Assembly: GCA_964413365.1 (NCBI GenBank)
Contig: CAYPRM010000002.1
Coordinates: forward strand, 14,992-72,876
DNA from: an uncultured Lachnospiraceae bacterium
GTDB taxonomy: Bacteria > Bacillota > Clostridia > Oscillospirales > CAG-272
Direction of reading: 5' to 3'
Length of the DNA: 57,885 nt
Position 1 is the stretch's first letter, and each line of letters starts with the position of its first letter. Of this stretch, positions 52,924-57,885 are shown piece by piece. A program made the position numbers and the translations under genes. A model generated the notes under the pieces. That model saw only the letters and a program-made list of their open reading frames with translations. It was not told the DNA's origin and did no database searches.

Positions 52924-53751
52924 TCAGGTCCTTCTGCGGTGCGACGTTAGCTCCCACATACAAATGGAGGCGGCGACAGCGGCGTTCAGCGACTCCGCAC
53001 CCTCCTGCATAGGTATGAGCAAGCAGGAATCACACGCATCGACCGTGCCATCCGCAAGCCCGTGTCCCTCGTTGCCGATAAAAATGGCACAGCCCGTCGG
53101 CAGATCGGCACGTCCGAGCAGCTCCGCATCCTTGTGAAGTGCCGCGGCATAGGTATGAGTACCGTGCCTGCGAAGCTCCAGAGCAAGTGCTGCAGCGGAG
53201 TCCACTATCACGATACGCTGGCTGAAAAGCGCACCCATAGCACCTCTGACGGTCTTTGGATTATAAAGATCCGCGCAGTCCGAGGTCAGATAGAGCACGT
53301 CGATCCCGAACGCCCCCGCGGTACGCACGACCGTTCCGAGATTTCCCGCATCACGAACGCTCTCAAGCACGAGCGCGCACTCGTGATCGACCAACGCCGC
53401 ATCCGACGCACCGAGCGTTCTGATATTTCCGAGCGGCTCACAGACCGTAACTATGCCGTCAGGAGCGCTCTCATCCGTTACTCTCTCAAAGGCAGAGTCG
53501 GAGAGGATATAAAGTCCCTCGCTCACGCCATAGCCCTCGACGGTGGCACAGATATCCTGCGAGCTCTCGCGGACGAGCACGTATTTTATGGGTGCGCCCC
53601 TCTGCACAGCCTCGCAAAAGAGCTTCACGCCGTCAAAGCGGAAAAGCCCCTGCTCACGCCTGTGCTTTTTGTCGCCGAGCTTCGAAACAGACACCACAAG
53701 TGGGTTAGCTCTTGACGATATATATTGCCATTTTGCGGACATCCGATACAC
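52924..53751 (-). CDS. TrmH/SpoU-family RNA 2'-O-methyltransferase
   Basis: SpoU motifs (VRDAGNLGTVVRTA, IFIGNEGHGL, IPMQEGAESLNAAVA). Confidence 0.85.
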   Translation of the reverse strand: MYRMSAKWQYISSRANPLVVSVSKLGDKKHRREQGLFRFDGVKLFCEAVQRGAPIKYVLVRESSQDICATVEGYGVSEGLYILSDSAFERVTDESAPDGIVTVCEPLGNIRTLGASDAALVDHECALVLESVRDAGNLGTVVRTAGAFGIDVLYLTSDCADLYNPKTVRGAMGALFSQRIVIVDSAAALALELRRHGTHTYAAALHKDAELLGRADLPTGCAIFIGNEGHGLADGTVDACDSCLLIPMQEGAESLNAAVAASICMWELTSHRRRT

Positions 53752-53786
53752 CTCCTACGCCAAATTATCTTATATAAATATATGAC

Positions 53787-53810
53787 AAAAACCCGGCAAA
53801 CCGGGTTTTT
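53787..53810. terminator. Intrinsic terminator after rplT (bidirectional shape)
   Basis: AAAAA-CCCGG-caaa-CCGGG-TTTTT. Confidence 0.75.
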
Positions 53811-53819
53811 GATCTGTAA

Positions 53820-54173
53820 TTAGAGAGCCGCCTTTGCCTGCTCAACGAGTGCTGCAAATGCAGCCTTATCGTTTACTGCAAGCTCTGCAAGCATCTTTCT
53901 GTTGAGGTCAATGCCAGCTTTTTTAAGTCCGTGCATGAACGTAGAATAGTTGATTCCGTTTACCTTTGCCTGTGCGTTGATACGCGCGATCCAGAGAGAA
54001 CGGAAGTCTCTCTTCTTAAGCTTTCTGCCTGCGAATGCGTAGTTACCGCTCTTCATTACGGCCTGCTTAGCCATCTTGAAGTGCTTAGATTTTGCTCCCC
54101 AGTAGCCCTTAGCTGCCTTAAGAACTTTATTTCTTCTCTTGCGCGTCATCATAGCGCCCTTAACTCTTGCCAT
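53820..54173 (-). CDS. rplT: 50S ribosomal protein L20
   Basis: [26 protein letters not shown]. Confidence 0.97.
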   Translation of the reverse strand: MARVKGAMMTRKRRNKVLKAAKGYWGAKSKHFKMAKQAVMKSGNYAFAGRKLKKRDFRSLWIARINAQAKVNGINYSTFMHGLKKAGIDLNRKMLAELAVNDKAAFAALVEQAKAAL

Positions 54174-54201
54174 TTTTCTATCCTCCTGTTAATTCCTTTG
54201 A

Positions 54202-54396
54202 TTATTTCTGAATAAGTGCTCTGTAATTTGCAGCCATAGCGTCGCTGAGGTATGCGTTCTCGCGTCCCTGTCTGAGTGCCTTGCCGCTCTTCTTGCCTGT
54301 CTTATGACGGCGGAAGCAGTGATTGAGCTTTACCTTACCTGTTCCGGTTACAGAAAATCTCTTAGAGGAAGCCTTATGTGTTTTGATCTTTCCCAT
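54202..54396 (-). CDS. rpmI: 50S ribosomal protein L35
   Basis: MGKIKTHKASSKRFSVTGTGKVK. Confidence 0.95.
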   Translation of the reverse strand: MGKIKTHKASSKRFSVTGTGKVKLNHCFRRHKTGKKSGKALRQGRENAYLSDAMAANYRALIQK

Positions 54397-54477
54397 TTTG
54401 TTTATCTCCTTTGTATTCGTCCGCTTACGCGGAGGTTATTTTTATCTTTTTGGGGCAAGCCCCATTTCTTAACGGTA

Positions 54478-54996
54478 TTATTTCTTTATCGGCACGATGA
54501 TCATGCTCATCATTCTGCCGTCGAGCACGGGCTTCTTGTCGACAGTACCGAGCTCCTCGCAGGCAACGCGGAATTTTTCAAGTATTTCTGTGCCGAGAGC
54601 GGTGTGTGCCATCTCCCTGCCCTTAAATCTGAGGGTAACGCGCACCTTGTTGCCACTCATGAGAAATCTGTGAGCGTGCTTGAGCTTTGTCTCGAAGTCG
54701 TGCGTGTCGATGCGACAGGAGAGCTGTATCTCCTTGACCTCAACGGTCTGCTGCTTCTTCTTCGCCTCTTTTTCCTTCTTCTCGCGCTCAAAGCGGAACT
54801 TGCCGAAGTCCATTATCTTGCAAACGGGCGGTACTGCCTGCGCGCTCATAAGAACAAGATCCATACCGCTTGAGTATGCCATCTTGAGTGCCGCGTCAGT
54901 ATTCATTATTCCAAGCTGCTCTCCGTTTGCACCGATCAGTCGTATCTCCTTCGCGTCGATATCGTCATTGATCAGCATATCCTTTGTGTTAGCGAT
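54478..54996 (-). CDS. infC: Translation initiation factor IF-3, probable non-AUG (ATC) start
   Basis: (I)ANTKDMLINDDIDAKEIRLIG... aligns from residue 2 with Bacillus IF-3 as I recall it. GGAGG lies 9 nt before the ATC at 54996. The first in-frame ATG (54978) is 27 nt from the SD. The track GTG start (55029) lies inside the terminator stem. Confidence 0.85.
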   Translation of the reverse strand: MANTKDMLINDDIDAKEIRLIGANGEQLGIMNTDAALKMAYSSGMDLVLMSAQAVPPVCKIMDFGKFRFEREKKEKEAKKKQQTVEVKEIQLSCRIDTHDFETKLKHAHRFLMSGNKVRVTLRFKGREMAHTALGTEILEKFRVACEELGTVDKKPVLDGRMMSMIIVPIKK

Positions 54997-55007
54997 GGGT
55001 AAACACC

Positions 55008-55135
55008 TCCAAAAAATAAAAAGTCGCACGCAGAATACCCGTGCGACACGAAACCGCCTGTGCGGTCAGCATCAAAATATCAACGCAAGCTCACTGATGT
55101 GGCAGGGTGAGAACGGGGTGTTCTGCTTCATTACT
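55008..55135 (-). promoter_or_regulatory. L20-leader-like transcription attenuator upstream of infC-rpmI-rplT
   Basis: A ~125-nt leader between the promoter and the SD, ending in GTCGCACG-N9-CGTGCGAC plus TTTTTATTTTTT directly before GGAGG. Position and architecture match the Firmicutes L20 leader. Confidence 0.55.
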
Positions 55136-55140
55136 TGCCT

Positions 55141-55169
55141 ATTTTACCACACCCGTGCCGCTTTGTCAA
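55141..55169 (-). promoter_or_regulatory. SigA-type promoter (extended -10) for the infC operon
   Basis: Minus strand reads TTGACA, a 17-nt spacer, then TGg-TAAAAT. Confidence 0.65.
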
Positions 55170-55225
55170 GTCCTTTTGATAAAAATTTTTTTCTTTTTTT
55201 CACAAAGATATTTTTCCCTTCTCTC

Positions 55226-55254
55226 TTGCAAATATCGGGGTTTTATGGTACAAT
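55226..55254 (+). promoter_or_regulatory. SigA-type promoter (extended -10) for pcrA
   Basis: TTGCAA, a 17-nt spacer, then TGg-TACAAT. Confidence 0.6.
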
Positions 55255-55287
55255 AAATATTGAATTTTTAAGCTGACGGAGATAAAA

Positions 55288-57690
55288 ATGCAAGACCTTA
55301 ACGAAAGATATCTGAGGGCAAAGAGAGCCCTGTTCAATATAGCCTACGGAGACCTCAATCCCGAGCAGAGACGTGCAGTCTTTGCGGTGAACGGTCCTCT
55401 GCTCGTCCTTGCGGGAGCAGGAAGCGGAAAGACCACCGTCCTCGTGCGCAGGATAGCATACATTATAAAGTACGGAAACGCCTATGAGAGCGATTACGTT
55501 CCCTTTGACGTGAGCGAGAGCGAGGTCGCGTCCCTCGAGACTGCGGCAAGCACGGCAACACGCGAGGAGGCGATTCCCCTGCTCACGAGATTTACAAACG
55601 ATCCCTGCCCCCCGTGGCGTATGCTCGCAATAACCTTTACCAATAAAGCGGCAGGCGAGATCCGCTCCCGTATAAACGCCCAGCTCGGCGATGAGGGAGG
55701 CGCGAGTGAGATCCGCTCGGGCACGTTCCACTCGGTCTGCCTTAGGATCCTGCGCACTCACGGAGAGGCGATAGGCTACGGCAAAAATATATCCATATAC
55801 GATCAGGACGACAGCAAAAAGGCGATAAGCGTCTGCATGAAGGAGCTCAATATCGACCAGAAGCTCCTCCCCGTAAAGTCGGTGCAGAACGCAATATCCC
55901 GCGCGAAGGATAGGCTCATAACGCCCGAGGACTTTTATGCCGAGGTCGGCAACGATTATAGGCTAAAGCAGATCGCGAGGATATACGAGCTGTATCAGCA
56001 GAGGCTCGTCGCGTCAAGGGCGCTCGATTTTGACGATATAATCATGCAGACGGTCCTCCTGCTCAGAAAGGAGCCCGAGATACTTAAATATTATCAGCAG
56101 AGATTCCGCTACGTCTGCGTCGACGAGTATCAGGATACCAACGAGGCGCAGTTTGCACTCACCGAGCTGCTCTCGGGAGGATATCACAACGTTATGGTCG
56201 TCGGAGATGACGATCAGAGCATCTACCGCTTCCGCGGTGCAACGATAGAAAATATACTCAGTTTCGATAAGGTGTTCCCATCCGCACGTACTATCAGACT
56301 TGAGCAGAATTACCGCTCGACTCAGAACATACTCGATGCCGCAAACGCCGTCATAAGCAATAATACCGGCAGAAAGGGCAAGAGCCTCTGGACGAACGCA
56401 GGAGCCGGCGCGCGTATACACGTCAAAAAGGTGTTCGATCAGAATGAGGAGGCACGCTATATCGCCGATAGGATCGCCACGATGGTCAGCCACGGCGACA
56501 GCTTCCGCGATTTCGCCCTGCTCTACCGCAATAACGCACAGTCGAGCACGCTTGAGAGGACATTTGCAAAAAGCGGTATCCCCTATCGCATAATCGGCGG
56601 CGTCCGCTTTTCGGACAGAAAGGAGATCAAGGACATCGTCGCATACCTTCAGCTCATTCAGAACCATAACGACGACGAGCGCCTTATGCGCATAATCAAT
56701 GAGCCAAGGCGTAAGATAGGCGAAAAAACTCTTGAGGGCGTACGTGCTATCGCAAGGGAGATGGGCGTCAGTATGTTCTCCGTTATCGAGCACGCCGACC
56801 GCTACGTCGCACTCTCAAAGAGCGCGGATAAGCTCCTCGATTTTGCAAAACTCATAAATTACCTCACCTCCCTTGTCGGAGAAACGACACTTGCGGCGTT
56901 CATAACCACCGTTATGGATAAGAGCGGCTACCGCAAAATGCTCGAGGATGCAGGCGTCGAGGAAAAGGACCGCCTCGAGAACCTCGATGAATTTGTCAGC
57001 GGTGCTATCGAATATGAGAGCAGCTACATTGACGACGGCTCGTATTCAAGCGCGCTCGAGGGCTTTATGGAGGAAACGAGCCTCGTCGCGGACGTCGATA
57101 GATACGATGAGAGTGCGGATGCAGTCGTCCTCATGACGGCACATAGCGCAAAGGGACTTGAATTTCCCTATGTCTTTATCCCCGGCATGGAGGAGGGCAT
57201 CTTCCCCTCAATGCAGTCCATAACCGCATCGAGCGCGGAGCTTGAGGAGGAAAGAAGACTTGCCTATGTCGCTATCACCCGTGCAAAGCGTGAGCTTTTC
57301 ATCGTCCATACCAATCAGAGAATGCTCTACGGCAGAACGCAGTTCAATGCGGAGTCGAGATTTCTTAAGGAGATCCCTGATAGCCTCATCGAGCGTGAAA
57401 GCTCACCCTACGATAGGCAGTCAAGACAGGTAAATAATGAATATACACACCACCAAAGAAGAGCCGCATACGATGAGCTCACCATAGGCACGCCACAGCA
57501 TACCCCACGCCCCACAGCGGCAAGCAGAGAGACCTTCTCAGTCGGAGATAGAGTCCTCCACCCCACCTTCGGCGAGGGCGATGTCATCTCCGTCAAGCAC
57601 ATGGGCGCGGATACACTCTATGAGATAATCTTCGACCGCGTCGGCACAAAAAAGCTCATGGCAACCTACGCTAAATTAAAGAAAATATAA
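55288..57690 (+). CDS. pcrA: ATP-dependent DNA helicase PcrA (UvrD family)
   Basis: LNPEQRRAV, AGAGSGKTT, DEYQDTN and VMTAHSAKGLEFP motifs. C-terminal Tudor-like tail (GDRVLHPTFGEGDV). Confidence 0.95.
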   Translation: MQDLNERYLRAKRALFNIAYGDLNPEQRRAVFAVNGPLLVLAGAGSGKTTVLVRRIAYIIKYGNAYESDYVPFDVSESEVASLETAASTATREEAIPLLTRFTNDPCPPWRMLAITFTNKAAGEIRSRINAQLGDEGGASEIRSGTFHSVCLRILRTHGEAIGYGKNISIYDQDDSKKAISVCMKELNIDQKLLPVKSVQNAISRAKDRLITPEDFYAEVGNDYRLKQIARIYELYQQRLVASRALDFDDIIMQTVLLLRKEPEILKYYQQRFRYVCVDEYQDTNEAQFALTELLSGGYHNVMVVGDDDQSIYRFRGATIENILSFDKVFPSARTIRLEQNYRSTQNILDAANAVISNNTGRKGKSLWTNAGAGARIHVKKVFDQNEEARYIADRIATMVSHGDSFRDFALLYRNNAQSSTLERTFAKSGIPYRIIGGVRFSDRKEIKDIVAYLQLIQNHNDDERLMRIINEPRRKIGEKTLEGVRAIAREMGVSMFSVIEHADRYVALSKSADKLLDFAKLINYLTSLVGETTLAAFITTVMDKSGYRKMLEDAGVEEKDRLENLDEFVSGAIEYESSYIDDGSYSSALEGFMEETSLVADVDRYDESADAVVLMTAHSAKGLEFPYVFIPGMEEGIFPSMQSITASSAELEEERRLAYVAITRAKRELFIVHTNQRMLYGRTQFNAESRFLKEIPDSLIERESSPYDRQSRQVNNEYTHHQRRAAYDELTIGTPQHTPRPTAASRETFSVGDRVLHPTFGEGDVISVKHMGADTLYEIIFDRVGTKKLMATYAKLKKI

Positions 57691-57717
57691 ATATATAATT
57701 GATGTGTTTCGTTCATC

Positions 57718-57746
57718 AAAAAACCACGCACCCTGCGTGGTTTTTT
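57718..57746 (+). terminator. Intrinsic terminator after pcrA
   Basis: AAAAAA-CCACGCA-ccc-TGCGTGG-TTTTTT. Confidence 0.85.
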
Positions 57747-57885
57747 GATTTCTCGTTCGCGAAGCGACTGAAGGAGAGCGCGGTATAAAAAAGCTTGCAT
57801 TTGTATGGAAAAAGTGCAGATTTTTCAGTCTCGCAGGCTCCTTCCACCGCAAGCGGTCCCCCTCCCTCTCGGAGGGAGGCTCTTT
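57747..57885. repeat. Hairpin-rich intergenic element (truncated by the window end), related to 22931-23038
   Basis: GATTTCTCGTTCGCGAAGCGACTGAAGG parallels GATATTCTCATTTACGTAGCGAATGAGG. It also contains TCGC-gaa-GCGA, CCGC-aa-GCGG and CCTCCCTC-tcg-GAGGGAGG hairpins. Confidence 0.5.

Noticed and set aside
55243-55761. 172-aa minus-strand ORF overlapping the start of pcrA.
   Set aside because: It is antisense to the well-conserved PcrA N-terminus, with no RBS or motif.
1-57885. Search for CRISPR arrays, tRNA/rRNA genes, transposases, integrases, prophage genes, toxin-antitoxin pairs and defence islands.
   Set aside because: None was found. All ORFs over 60 aa are accounted for by housekeeping genes or antisense shadows. 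Intergenic regions are short and were read individually. The only repeats are those reported (45-bp coding repeat, 324-bp duplication, ftsZ-upstream repeats, hairpin elements).

Overview
This 57.9-kb segment looks like chromosome from a Firmicutes/Clostridia-type anaerobe. That taxonomic guess is inferred from gene order and protein families only. The content is almost entirely core housekeeping, and most genes are on the minus strand.

Gene content in window order:
- A partial Thr-repeat lipoprotein, a PHP phosphoesterase, an ArsP_2-type permease and a cupin protein.
- A compact dcw cell-division cluster on the minus strand: mraZ-rsmH-(unknown)-class B PBP-murE-murF-mraY-ftsW-murG, then a terminator, then ftsZ.
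- A BspA-type LRR lipoprotein.
- sufC, a SufB/D gene, a PPi-type phosphofructokinase and a TIGR01212 radical SAM gene.
- metA and an O-acetylhomoserine sulfhydrylase, then folD and lgt.
- An M16 peptidase pair and a degenerate M23/LytM protein.
- ylxM-ffh-rpsP-khpA, then rpsU.
- yhbY-nadD-yqeK-rsfS-leuS.
- rdgB, ftsY, smc, a radical SAM gene and rnc.
- trmFO, topA, dprA and a TrmH-family methyltransferase.
- infC-rpmI-rplT with an L20-leader-like attenuator, then pcrA.

I saw no rRNA, tRNA, CRISPR array, transposase, integrase, prophage or recognisable defence or toxin module, so I cannot point to a clear new multi-gene system.

The observations most worth a second look:
1. A perfect, in-frame 324-bp tandem duplication inside the transpeptidase domain of the divisome PBP.
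2. A 206-aa tail-anchored basic protein in the slot normally held by ftsL, followed by a 256-bp spacer with a multi-stem RNA-like structure ending in a U-run just upstream of the PBP ribosome-binding site.
3. A repeat family of a terminator hairpin plus arrays of tiny hairpins at three intergenic loci.
4. A LytM-domain protein that has lost all zinc ligands.
5. A probable non-AUG (AUC) start for infC behind an attenuator.

Many long ORFs in the six-frame track are antisense shadows of real genes and were rejected.
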